64,000 nucleotides of DNA, from the NCBI GenBank assembly GCA_028534125.1, contig CM052850.1, forward strand, positions 23,994,001 to 24,058,000, given 5' to 3'. Of the stretch, positions 22,601-34,600 are shown one piece after another (the stretch's first letter is position 1; each line of letters begins with the position of its first letter). Both the position numbers and the translations under genes were made by a program. Below the pieces are notes generated by a model. That model did no database searches. It was not told the origin of the DNA and was given only the letters and a program-made list of their open reading frames with translations. This stretch comes from Lama glama. Taxonomy: Eukaryota.

Positions 22601-25600
22601 CACTGTTTAGGAACGCCTCAGCGGTCCTGGACTCCAACCTTGACCCTGTCTCTCAGCCTCTTTTGTCTTAATTGTGCGCTTCCCCGAAGCTGCAGATTTT
22701 CTGCCTCTTCTCACCCCGCACCCCTCCCAGGCCGCCCAGCCGCCCCCTGGCTGCCGCCAGCCCTTCATCTGTCCGTCCCAGGCTTCTCCAGACGCAGCAG
22801 CCCTTAGAATAATCGCTGTCAAATGTCGCTGCCATCTGTTGCCTGACTTCCGTCCTTTGCCTCCACCGGAACCTCCTGGACTCCTGGCTATCTGCAGCCT
22901 TGAACCTCAACCCCTGCATGGGCCTCAATCTCCTCTCACCTCCACCTACTTTGCAGCTGGAGCCCGAAATGTTGCTGCCCTCTCTTTGCAGCTATGGGGC
23001 ATTACTGGACCCGTTGGCGGTGGCTGCCCAGTGACACCAGAAATTAGCTTTGCCAACAGCTCACCCAGAGGTGTTGGCGCTGGGCGGTGGGCTCACCCCT
23101 GGAGGTGGGCTCCCATTCTCATTGACTGGGGTCCTGGCGGACAGTTCCTGCAGCTCATGGGCTCCTGCACTCAGTACTCTGGAGTGACTTAATAAATGCT
23201 GCTGATAGACAGGTCTGCGCGGGGGAGGATGGCAGACTCCTTGTAAAATGAGCTGCCTTGTTACTCATTTCACTCCTGGGCCAGGGTCCCCTCTGGTCGC
23301 ACAGGCTGGCCTCCCCTTCCTCCCACTTCTTCCCCTCCCCTCCCCCTCTCTCTCCCTCCCTCCTCTCTGGTTCCGGGTCAGGATCCAGGCCATCTGCTAG
23401 GGCCGGCCCCTGCTCCAGCAATTAGCCGTGGCTTTGGCTCTGCCTACCAGCTACGGGCTGTAGCCTTAGGGAGTACGTCCAGTTCTGGGACTCAGGGCCA
23501 GAAGAAGCCCCGTCCCCTTTGAAACCTACAATCTTAGTTGAAAAGAACGTTAAGGCGGACAGCAGGCTCCCCTGTGCATCTAGGAGCAAGAAGACCTTCC
23601 CCGACTCTTCCAGTCGCCTCCCCCGCCCCCACCCCCAAGAAAAACTGCTTTGTGCGAGTGAACTCAGAACAGCCAAAGACAAATATAATAATGAATTTAT
23701 TATGAAGCCGTTCAGGCTCCCGGGATCACGTGGTGCCCCACACCGCTGCTGCCGCCGCCTTCCAGGGTCTCTGCTCAGGTGACCTCCGCCTTGTCAGGGC
23801 TGCAGAACCCTCGCCCCTTTGCGGGGGGAGCCGGGGCATGGGGGGCTCCGAGCTGGGGGACGCCCTGTATTTGTTCACAAACATTTCTTTCTGTGGTAAT
23901 GAAAAATTACCAAGAGGGGTGATTAGAGAAACCCAGTCCAGATTGCACACGCGGGCCTGGAAGTGAAGCCCTGCTGGGCCCAACCTCGTGGGGTGTAATT
24001 ACCCCAGGGGGGGCCGTCGGGGGAAGGGGCCGATTGGTGCTTGAACCGGGAGCCAGCAGAAAATTCATCTCAGCTATTAGCTTGTAATTACAGAGCATGG
24101 AGGGAGCAGGCCTGAGGTCTGGTGCCGGGGAGAGCGGGATGAAAGGAGGCAGTAATTACAGGAGCCGCGGGGGGCTGGAGGGAGGCCGCTGCGTGCTGAT
24201 TAGTAACGCCCTCCGCCCAGCGCAGAGGGGGCGGGGGCCGAGGCCGTGTTTAATGGAGTGTTAGGGGCCTGCCCCCCTTTTCATGTCCTGCTGCTCGGAG
24301 CATTCGGACAGCAGGCACCCCGATCGATCCAGGTCTGTTCTGAAGCATTGGGAACAAGGTGGTTCTGGAAAACGTCCTCTGTGCCGCCAGCTGGGCTCAC
24401 CATTCTGCCCTTGGATTTTTCTTTGCCTTTTTTTTCCCCCCAAAGCTTTGTGCTGCTCCTGGCCGTGCTAGAAACTTAGGCAGATACGAGAGAAAAGTAT
24501 GATGGAAGCCACCACACTCTGGTGGAAGGAGTAGGGCGGCTGAGGGCCTCCCTGGCGGTGCTGGACGGGAGTTAGGCCGTTGCCACCCGAGGGACACGGT
24601 CTGAGGGGCTGAGTTGATTTGCGGGTGCTGCCAGGCTGGGGGCTTCTCCTTTCCTGCCCTCGGCCTCGCGGCTGCGTTTGCCTCTGGGCATCTGGGTGCG
24701 GCGGCTCTCTTCTCCTGGGGGGCTGCGGGGGCAGCCAGCGGCGGCAGGAGGCACCTGTCCAGAGGAGGTCAGCAGCGTGTGATGCAGATGGAAGGCCGGG
24801 TGGCCATCTGAGCTCCACACATGCCGGGGCTGGTACAGCGGGGAGGGAGCCCCGTCCCTGTCCCTGCCCTGGGCCGCCCCAGCCCCCGGGCCTCATCCAT
24901 CACTGGCCTTCACGCTGTGGAGCCTGTTCCCAGCTGTTAGGATAATGAATTTACATGAGCTGATAATGTAGACACTACTCAGCCCAGGCCAGGCGCCGCA
25001 GAAGTTAATAAATACCTCCCTAATGAGGGCGGGGTGGGGGTAGGCGCCCCTGCTCTGGGGGCTACCCTGAGACCCACCGTCCCCCTTACTTGCCCCTGGG
25101 GTGTCCGTGATGTCATGGTGGCACCTGCCTGGCTTCAGTGGCAGGACACCTGGGGGGGCGGGGGCAGAGCAACCCTGAAGTGACTCCAAGCCTGTGACTA
25201 GGGGGTGAGGCACAGAGGTCGGGGTGGGCTCCGGGAGGCTGTGTCGGTTACCGGCAGGTCCAGGGTGACCCGTTGTGGGCTCTGGGTCCCTCAAGTTTGG
25301 CCTTTGTCCTTCCATGTCCTTTGTGCCAGGGAGCTGTCACCCCGGCTGCCGGTGGTCCCGAAGCCCCCGCTTCCCCTCCCCGGCCATCCTGATGCACACG
25401 TGCGAGGAGGAATGCTAATTTTAGACTCCCCTAATGAAGCTGTTCATTTGGAATTCTATTTTAAGTGACCTGACATCAGCAGAGCAGCTTCCCCAGCTTG
25501 AAGCTGCTCCAGGGCCCACAGCTGACACCATAGCAAGAATGCTGGCTTTGGGGGACCCCTAGGAGGCCAGGGGGGCTGTACACCGGGTGCTGCAGGCCTC

Positions 25601-28600
25601 TGGTGGGGCCTGGGCAGCAGGTTCCAGGCTTGGAGGAGAGGGAGGACAGACTCTGGGGGTAGGGTGTCACTGGATGCCTGTAAGGGGTGACAATGACATT
25701 CGGGTGGTAGCTGACCCAGGGAGGGAGGAGGCAGAGACTGGACCCTCCTGCTGAGACCCTGGTCACCCAGGAAGGGCTAAGGCCGTTGGTGGGGGTTGGG
25801 GGCCAGCCCCAGTCCCTGGGCTCCTGCGACCAGCGAGTGGGAGCCCCCAGTCTGGGGAGTGCCCCGTGCTCGTTGGTTATACCGGCCATGTGAGGGCAAG
25901 TCTTTGTCTCTTTGAGGGCCCCCTTTTAAAATCAAAAACAAAAAAACCCTGGTTTGCTACAGAAAAGGTAGAACATAGGGAGGTAAAAAGGCCAAAAACG
26001 AGGAAATTGCTCCTCTTACTGCCACCAGAGACCACCCCCAACAGCCTTGGGGGCGTGTGGTGTGTTGGAGTCTGACCTGCGACTTGCTCCGTGGCTGTCC
26101 CCTGCTTATTTCAGCACCTCTGTACAATCCTGCCCAGCGCTGGCATTTGGCCACCACAGTGTGTCCACCCAGGTCTCAGCTGGCCAACCTGTCATGTGGC
26201 CACTAGGCAGTGACCTCACATCTGCTCCCTGGGCTCTGGGGACAGACGGGTCACTGGGAGGCGGGAGGACCGCATGGCCTGGGTCACATCCCTGCTTCCC
26301 CTCCCCCGGCATGGCAGCGTGTAGGTGGGGGCTGTGGGGCAGAGTAGAGCCAGCCCCTCTCCCACCGCCCCAGAATGGGTGTGTATCTGGGACCTGACCA
26401 GCTGTATGTATGGTCAGGTAATCCCAGCCCTGCTGTTGACTGTGTGTTGGCCCAAGGGCCTAAGCCTGGATTCTCCCATCTGTAAAATGGGCACAGTAAT
26501 GCTTTTCTCTTAGAGTTGGTAGGATTTGAAGGAATGCCAGGAAGAGCGGGGAGGTGGTTAATGGCCTTTGATGGCATCAGAGGGGCCCGTTTGGAAGCTC
26601 TAGGTAAAGACATAGAGTATATGGAGATGGTTGAACTTGGGGTCCATGAAGAAAGAAAATAGAGATTGAGGGTCTTGATGGAGGATGCGGTGATGCTCAC
26701 TGGACCAGTTATCTGATGCTGCGTAAAAACCTGCCCCAAACCCAAATGTGGGATTTGGGAGTGGCTCGGCTGCGAGGCTGTGGCTCCTTCTTTGATACCA
26801 TCTCGTCTGAAGACTCCCGGGGTCAGAGGAGTGAGTACCTGCCAAGATGGTGCCCCACATGGCTGCTCAGTTCCCCAGACGTGGGGCTCTCCACAGCCAC
26901 TGACCCCTGCGTCTCAAGGGGTCCGAGGAGCCCAGGGAGGTGGCCAGGGGGCTCTGATGACCTCACCTTGGCAGGCACACTCCATACTTCTGCTGTACCC
27001 TATTCAGCAGGAGAGTTGAGACGTCTGGCCCATGTTTGAGAGAATAGGGTTTGTCTCCACCTCTTGAAGGCATGAGTGACAGACTTTGGATGTATTTCTG
27101 AACCCCCATCATAAATCCCAGCTCTGAGGGTGTTTGCACCTGTGGTCTGGCATCACAGGTTGGCCTTGGCAGGTGGTGTCATGAGTGGTGAGGACGTGTA
27201 TCTGGGCCTGGGAGTCGGGTTCGAGTCCCAGGTGTGCTGCTGAACTGTCTCCGGGGCAGCCCCGCATGGTGGTGTCTTCCTCCGAGTGCTGGTAGGACCT
27301 CCAGGACCTGGTGCACTTTGTGCCAGGACTGGGTCTCTGCAAGGGCGGTGCTTCGTTGTATACACCCTCCCCCAAAATAGAGCCCCACTGATCCACTGAG
27401 AGCGTCTGGTCCCAAGCGAGACCTGGAAGACTCCTAGGCTGCCCAGATCAGCTCGTGTTGGGGTCATGTCCTTGTCCCTGCAGGCAGCAAGACGAGAGCT
27501 CTGGCCCCCTTCTGTCTTGGGGTGTCCTGTGTGTTAACTTCCACCAGCTACTGCCACTCAGGGACGTGGAGAGCTGGGCCATGCAGCTCCTGGCCTGGTC
27601 GGAGCAAGGGACAGTGGCAGGGAGGGCTCTCAGGTTGGGGTGAGGGGTGCCCATGCCAAACAGCACACGGACTCCTGACACCAAGTCACCTCTCGTCGCA
27701 GCTCTGGTCACCCAGGTGGTGGGGGCCAGTAGCAGGTGGCACAGATTGATCAGCTCGGGTCCCAGTTTGCTGAGCCTGATCTGTATGGACTCACCAAGCC
27801 CCTCACCCATCCAGACCTGGGTTTATTATGCCCTCAGTAGCTAACTAGCTGTATGATAATAATAGTGGCCCCTGGCATGTGCCAGGCCTGCTCTGAAGCC
27901 CCTCATGGGATTAATTTCATAAGGGACTCTGTCTTTATTTGCAGTTTACCGATGAGGAGGCTGAGACCAGAGGGGCAGAGTAACTTGCCCAAGGTTGCAC
28001 AGCGAGAGGCCGCAGAGCTGGGACTCGAGCCCCGGCGTCTGGCAGCCTGATCGGTGTAAGCCCAACCTCTAGGCTCCTGCTGCTTCCTTGCGCTGTGGCC
28101 AGCTGTGCAAGTCCTGCACTCTCTGTCCCTGGGAGAAGAGGACACCGACAGGGGCCTGGGGCTGCCCTTCCAGAGCTCGGTGTCCGTCGTGCTCGAGGGT
28201 CTTCCAGCAGCTGGCTGGGTGCCAGGCTGGCTGAGAAAGGACTCTTGTTAGGAACCTGCATTTTCTAGCCATGGGGCGCCTGGGGCAGGGACCCCCCCAC
28301 CCCACTGGGTTGTTGCTTTTCCCTGCTGGGCTCGCGGTGCCTGTGGGCATGTGGATCCCACCCCCACTCCCACCCTCTCCCCAGTTCTTCCAGAAAGAGG
28401 AAGACACACAGGGTCAGCCTCGGGTCAGCGCTGCCCCAGCTGCTCAACGGGGTTGCTGCTGCCGGCGCCATCCCCCTCCCACGTGGCACCGCCCACGTGG
28501 CCACCAGCAGCTGGGAGGCCAGCCTGCTGGCTGTGGGCGCAGGGGCTCTTGTGGGGGTCCTTTGTTTCCGAGGTACAGACCCTCTCCCAAGAGAATGGTG

Positions 28601-31600
28601 TTCCCTCGAGCTTGCGCCTGCCTCAGTATTGTCTTTTATGCACCAGCCCCCACCCCAACACTGCCATGGCCGTTTACCCGGCCGTGCCCCCAAGATTTCT
28701 TTTCCCACCTGCCTGGCAGGGAACTGATGGCGACCTTAGCCCGGCTGTCCAAGAGTCAGGGTTTGGGATGTGTGTTGGGGCCTGCAGCCTCTCCTGGCTA
28801 GTTCTGGGGGCAGCAGATGGGCAGGGCAGGTCTTGGGGCCCACCTGTGGGGATCTCCTGTGCTCACCTGGCCACCCATGGGGATGGGTGAAGAAGCAGGT
28901 TCCAGTTAGACTTTAGATGGACTGAACACAGAACCCTGCAGAGATGAGAAGGGCTCTAGGGGGTGCAGAGAGCCTCTTGGGGTGGGGGCCTCTGCTGGGG
29001 GAAGCACACGTTCCTGCCACGTTATTCTCTTGAATGTTCTGTTTGTGTCCCCCCTCCCCTTCCATGCCTCCCCTGGACCCCTCCCCAGGTGACCCCACAC
29101 TCTTCCCTGGAGCTGCTCCCCTGAGGTCTCCGTCTGAGGCTTTGCAAGTTGGTTTGCCTCTCCCTGCGCACGCCCCGCCCGTTGGCTCGCCCCCTGTGAG
29201 GCCGTGGGCCTGGGTTCACGCCCCTCCCATGTACTCATGGTGAGGGAACGGGGGTTGGGCCAGTGCCCCCAAGAGGGCAGGAGATGTTAATGGGAAACTT
29301 ATTTATGGTGCTGCTCGCGCCTGCTCACGAAGGGGCCTGGCCGGCCTTTGTGATGGGGCGGTGAGGCTGGAGAAGGTCCAGCCTCCTTGGGACTTGAAAG
29401 GCTGGGGGCTCCTGGGAAGGCGTCTGATGTCACCCCGTGTGGGAGGCAGCTCCTCGGCCAGCCAGCCTGGGGGAAATGGTGCTTCTCTGCGGATGGCAGT
29501 GCAGACCCACAGTTGTAGTCTTTTTCGTGTGGGCGGGGCCCCGGCACAGTCTGCGGGCAGCTGTGCGCTCTGCCTGCTGCTGTCCTCCGAGCTGCCTTCT
29601 CAGTGCAGACCTGCCGGGTCCCCGGTGGCTTTGGGATTCAGCGGGGTGTGTTGGTGGCACACAGGGCTCTGGCCAACTCCCCGGAATGATCCTAGGTCTG
29701 TGCTGCCTGCCTGTGCGAGCCTCAGTTTCCTTTTCTGGAAGGGGGGCACAGTACAGAGCCAGCCTCCCCAGAGTGCCAGGCAGGCGGCCGGGCAGGCTGT
29801 GCTCTAATGTGAGCTGTTCTCGTGATCAGCACCAATGCCACCCTTCTGTCTGCGGGTGTTCCTCTGGTTCTTGCAGGAATGCGGGCCCGTGCCTCGTCTC
29901 CCCCGACCCCTGTCAGGAGGCGCTTTCTAATCTCCGGGCTGCCCTGGGGAGGTGGTGGGGTCGTGCCACGGGTCGTGTTGGCACGAGCTTTTTGGCCTCT
30001 AAAATCAACAGGGTCCTGGGCACAGGGTTCTTTGTGGATGGATCCTAGAGGGTGGGGGTCGCCGGGGCGAGGCTCCAATCTTTCCGCAGCGCTGGCTCTG
30101 TTCTGCTTCACCTGTCCTGCCGGGTCGCCCGGGCCTCCTGCCGTCCCTGCATGCTGCCCGCTGGTGCCGGTCCCGGGCCCTGCAGACCCCGCNNNNNNNN
30201 NNNNNNNNNNNNNNNNNNNNNNNNNNNNNNNNNNNNNNNNNNNNNNNNNNNNNNNNNNNNNNNNNNNNNNNNNNNNNNNNNNNNNNNNNNNNNNNNNNNN
30301 NNNNNNNNNNNNNNNNNNNNNNNNNNNNNNNNNNNNNNNNNNNNNNNNNNNNNNNNNNNNNNNNNNNNNNNNNNNNNNNNNNNNNNNNNNNNNNNNGGCC
30401 CAGGCCGCGCCGTCCTCCAGCTTTGCCGCCGCGCTGCGCAAGCTCGCCAAACAGGCGGAGGAGCCCAGAGGTAAGAGGCGCACCTGCCAGGCTGCGGCAC
30501 GAGGGAGGGGGAGAGAGCGAGAGCAGCCCCTTCCTTCCTGCCCAGGCCTCGCCGGCTCCTGCGAGGAGCAGGTGCCCGGGACGCAGCTGTTCCCACGAGC
30601 CGAGCCGCCTTTGAAGGGCTCCGGAGGCAGGGCCGGCCCGCCCACGTGCTCGCAGCCCCATCTACTCTTGTTTCTCTCGGGCTGCTCGGTCCCGGCGGGG
30701 ACAGCGCTGTCTGCCTGCAGGCCCTCCCGGGCCCTGGGAGCCCACCAGCCCCGGCACCTCTGCTCTGCTCCTGCTTCTCGCGCGCTCTGCTGCTTCTGTC
30801 CTTCTTGGGCTCTAGGAGCCACTACGGGGGTGTCCGGTGGCCTGTGGCTGAGGCGGTGGGCGTGCTGGGCCACGGGAGCCCCAGGGGACTTCGGAGGGCT
30901 TGCTGGGCCCTGCTGCCCGCCTCAGGAGCCCCCAGCCTGCTCGGGGGAACCTCTTCCCAGGCGTCATGTTTCCCGGGAGACCAGGAACTCCAGGCCTTGA
31001 TACCCACCTCAGACGTGGCAGGGCATGCTGTCTCTGGAAACGTTCCTTGTCCCAGAGCGGAGGGGCACAGCTTAACCCCCCAAGGCTGGAATTCTGTGGT
31101 GGCGTGGACAAGTGTCCCCCAGCAATCCAGAGCCCTGTCCCCTGGTGTCACTTGGGCAGTGATGTGCTGTGTGACTTTAGGCAAACACGGACCCTCTCTG
31201 AACTTCAGCCTTCCTGTTTGTACCGCAAGACTTGCTACAGCACTGGCTTTGAGCACTTCTGAGGGTGACGGTCAGCCTGTCTTGGTGAAGGGCTGCTGGT
31301 TGGATGAGTCAGGGTGGCAGGAGCAGTTTGCTGCCAGGAGGCCTGGGTCCCTGCGGGTTCTGGTGCAGGCCTCCCACACACCCTCTGGGCTCACTGCCTA
31401 GAGGCAGGGAGTCGACCTCCCAGGCAGAGGAAGAGGGTACCCTGGGTGCTCTGCTTGCCCCGAGTGTTCGAGGCTTGATCCTGGGCTCCGCGGCCCTCTT
31501 GGGCACCCAGAGGACATGAGTGCGGGAACTCTGTTTTCACAGACCCCAGGCCTCCAGCTCTGCAGAACGGACACTGGTCCTGACTTGAGTGGGCTCGGCA

Positions 31601-34600
31601 TCTGCCAGTTTCTGAATTCCACCTGTTCCCAGGCCCTTCCTGCTTCCGTAGTTACTGGCGGAGGAGGAAGTGTTGAGGGAATAGGCTGGAACTGACAGGC
31701 AGAGTGGATACTGGCCCAGGAGGAAAGGCCACGCGCGGGGCCTGCTCTGCTAGGGATGGGCCTTGCCACGGGCATCTGCCTGGAGGGGGCTGCCCCGTCC
31801 ACCCAGACAGGCCTTCCCTGTCCCCGCACACACGCCTCTCCTCGCCTCCACGCCCACCAGGGGGTGCCCTGACCGCATGTGGGCAAGACCAGCGGCAGGA
31901 GCCCCGCTGGTGTCCGGAGGCCCTGCCGTTCGGGGCCACCGCACACCACACAGCTGGAGAGCAGAGAGGCAGTGAGCACCCTGCCTGGCCTGGTGCGGCC
32001 CTCCGAGCACTCGTCCCAGGCTGGCTGCAAGCCCCACAGGAGAAGTGTCTGCAGTGGGAAACCTGAGCTGGGGTTGAGACCTGGGGGTCTCTTCAGAGTC
32101 TGCGAGAAGCCCCCTGGGGCAGAATCTGCCCAGCAGACTTGACTGACTTCCTCCTTGGCATCCCAGGAGGCAGAGACACAGGGCCGGTGCGGCTTTCAGA
32201 GATGGCCGTCAGCACGTGGGAGGACGCTGGCTCCATCTGGCTGAGTCACCCCCGAGTGTCGGGGCTTCATCCACCAGCTGTGTCCACTGCTGGCAGCTGG
32301 GCTCGTCCTGGGGTGACACCCCTCATGCACAGAGGATGTGGCGGTGTGAGGGCAGACAGTGGCGAGGTCTGCAGACATGGCTCATGTGAGGGCCTCAGGC
32401 ACAGAGCAGAGCTGCCTTGATGGCCTTTGTCCCCTCTCTGCTGCCCCAGGCTGGCCCCAGCATCCGGCTCGAGTAACAGGCCAGTGGGCAGCCAGTGTGG
32501 CAGAGGCTGCCGAGCCTCGCTGGCCAGGAACAGAGTGTGCCGCTGGGAGGGCCCTGCTCCCCGAGCTGTATCCGAGTGTTCTGCGTGGTGCTCTGGGAAG
32601 GGTGCCCAGGGACTTTGCAGCAAAGGGTCAGGAGGAGGAGAGGGGTGAGCCACGCTGGCCCGAGCTCATACTGTCTTCAGAGGGTGGTGTCTGCCGCAGG
32701 CCGACCCAAAGTGAACCCCATCATTCTGATGAGAAGGCCAAGGCCTGGGGGACTCAGCACCTGGGGAGCAGTATTTGGACCCTGGGCCGCCCTGGTATGA
32801 AGTTGTGCTGTGTGTCCTGGGCATGTGTCATTTCTGGCCACAAGCAAAGTCTGAGAGTTAAAAGCAGTAGCAAAGAGCTCTATTTGTGATGCTCCATCTG
32901 GTCAACCCCACTGGGGCCTCAGGTTGAAGACATGAGCTCAGTCACTCCTTGGAGCATCCTCTGGGCCACACCCACACCTGGTCCCTGCTTTTCTCACTGA
33001 GTCGCCCCAGTGCTGACTGGCCATCTCACCTGCCTACAGACTGGGCTGGCAGCCCAGAGTTGGCCCATTGTACAGATGGAGGAGCTGCAGCTCAGAGAGG
33101 TCAAGTCGTGAGCCTCAGGTCACACAGGTGGCAAGGATGTGCCCTGTGTGTGTCCTTCGCTGCTGCATCTTAAGCCTTTCCAAGGGGACATGGCTGGACT
33201 CAGGACGGCAAGCCCGAGTGCGTGGCCCTGGCTGGGGGAGGGGTGCCTCGGCCCCACCCCCAAGCACCCGCCACAGGGGCGCAGCGTCTGTGCTTGGTGC
33301 TGGGGTCGGGGTGGGTGCAGAGAGGGGTGGGGGCTGTCAGCTTCTGGAAGCCTGGGTGCAGCCAGGGCTGGAGGGGAGAGCTGGCAGGCCCCAGACCCCG
33401 TGCCCTGCCCCTCCAGAGAGCCCGAGGGGGATGTTTGCTGGGCTTGGTGATGGGGGAGAAGGTGTGAGTTTTTTAATCCTGTTAATTTCTTAAGATATCA
33501 TTCACATCCCTTGAAACTGATCTTTTAAAGCATACGATTCAGTGGGTTTTCCTGCACTCAGAGTTGTGTGACCATCACCCTTAATTCCAGAACATTTTTG
33601 TCACCCCTAAAAAGCACCCCGTCCCCACACCCTTGCCCAGCCCCGGAAGCCACGATCTGTCTCTGAGTCTGCTGTCTGGATGTCTGCCACCTGTGGGCTC
33701 GTGCAGCCCCATGACCGGCTCCCGCGCTCAGCCCGGTGTCTCTGGTTTTGGTGACTGGATGACCTGGCGGTTGGACAGCACCTCACACCTGACACCAACT
33801 GTGTGAGGAGGTAGACCCAGTGAGGGCTGTTCCCTCCTTAATCACGGCGGTGATGGCTAACTGAGCGCCTGCTGTGTGCCAGGCAGTCCCCCACTGCGTC
33901 CCTAGTGCAGGCCTGGCCTTTGCTCTCTGTCCATCTTGCCGCTGGACAAAACCTAGCTTTCAGCTTCTGGCTTCCTGAGTCATAAGCAGCAGAGGGGAGA
34001 CTGGAAACTCCGCGAACCTGTGTCCCAAGATACCATGTCTTTCTGTGTCCCGCCCCCACTAGGCCCCACCACACCCATGTCCCCCTCCTCATAGGGAGGG
34101 AACCAGCGCCTCTGCTGAAGGCCTCCCTCCTGTGAGGGCGAGGCCTCCTATCTCTTTAAGATGCCCCAGGATGCTGGTGTAAAACGCCCCTGTGGCCCTA
34201 GAGGAGCTAGCATCTTAGTATCTGGAGGCTGAGGTGACCCAGGACCCCATGACCAAGCCCCGGCAGCCCCGTCCTCACGGGCAGAGCGGTCCCAGTAGAG
34301 CCAGCATCGCTTCCAGACCTGGACAGGGAGATGGTGGGAGGCGGGCCTGACGGTGCAGAGGAGACAGGCGAGGCTGCGGGCCCCCATCCTGCTGTGGGGC
34401 CGTCCTGATCGGCTGCACACCGCCTGGGCTCTGGCTTCTGCCCTGGGTGCCTCCGGCTCCCCGTGACCCTCCCCGCCCCCTTCCCCCACCTGGAGGCGTC
34501 TTACTCTGAGCCGCGAACCGCTCTCCCCTCTGCTTCCCGGGCTCTTGTCTCTCCTCACGTCGTGTCTCCGGGGTGCGGTTTAAAAATTCAGTTCCGAGCA

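Noticed and set aside
29722-31000. Long ORFs of 383 and 392 aa around exon 2
   Set aside because: Their length is inflated by the N-gap and GC-rich intron. Only 30397-30470 is recognisable coding sequence, and it is bounded by a splice donor.
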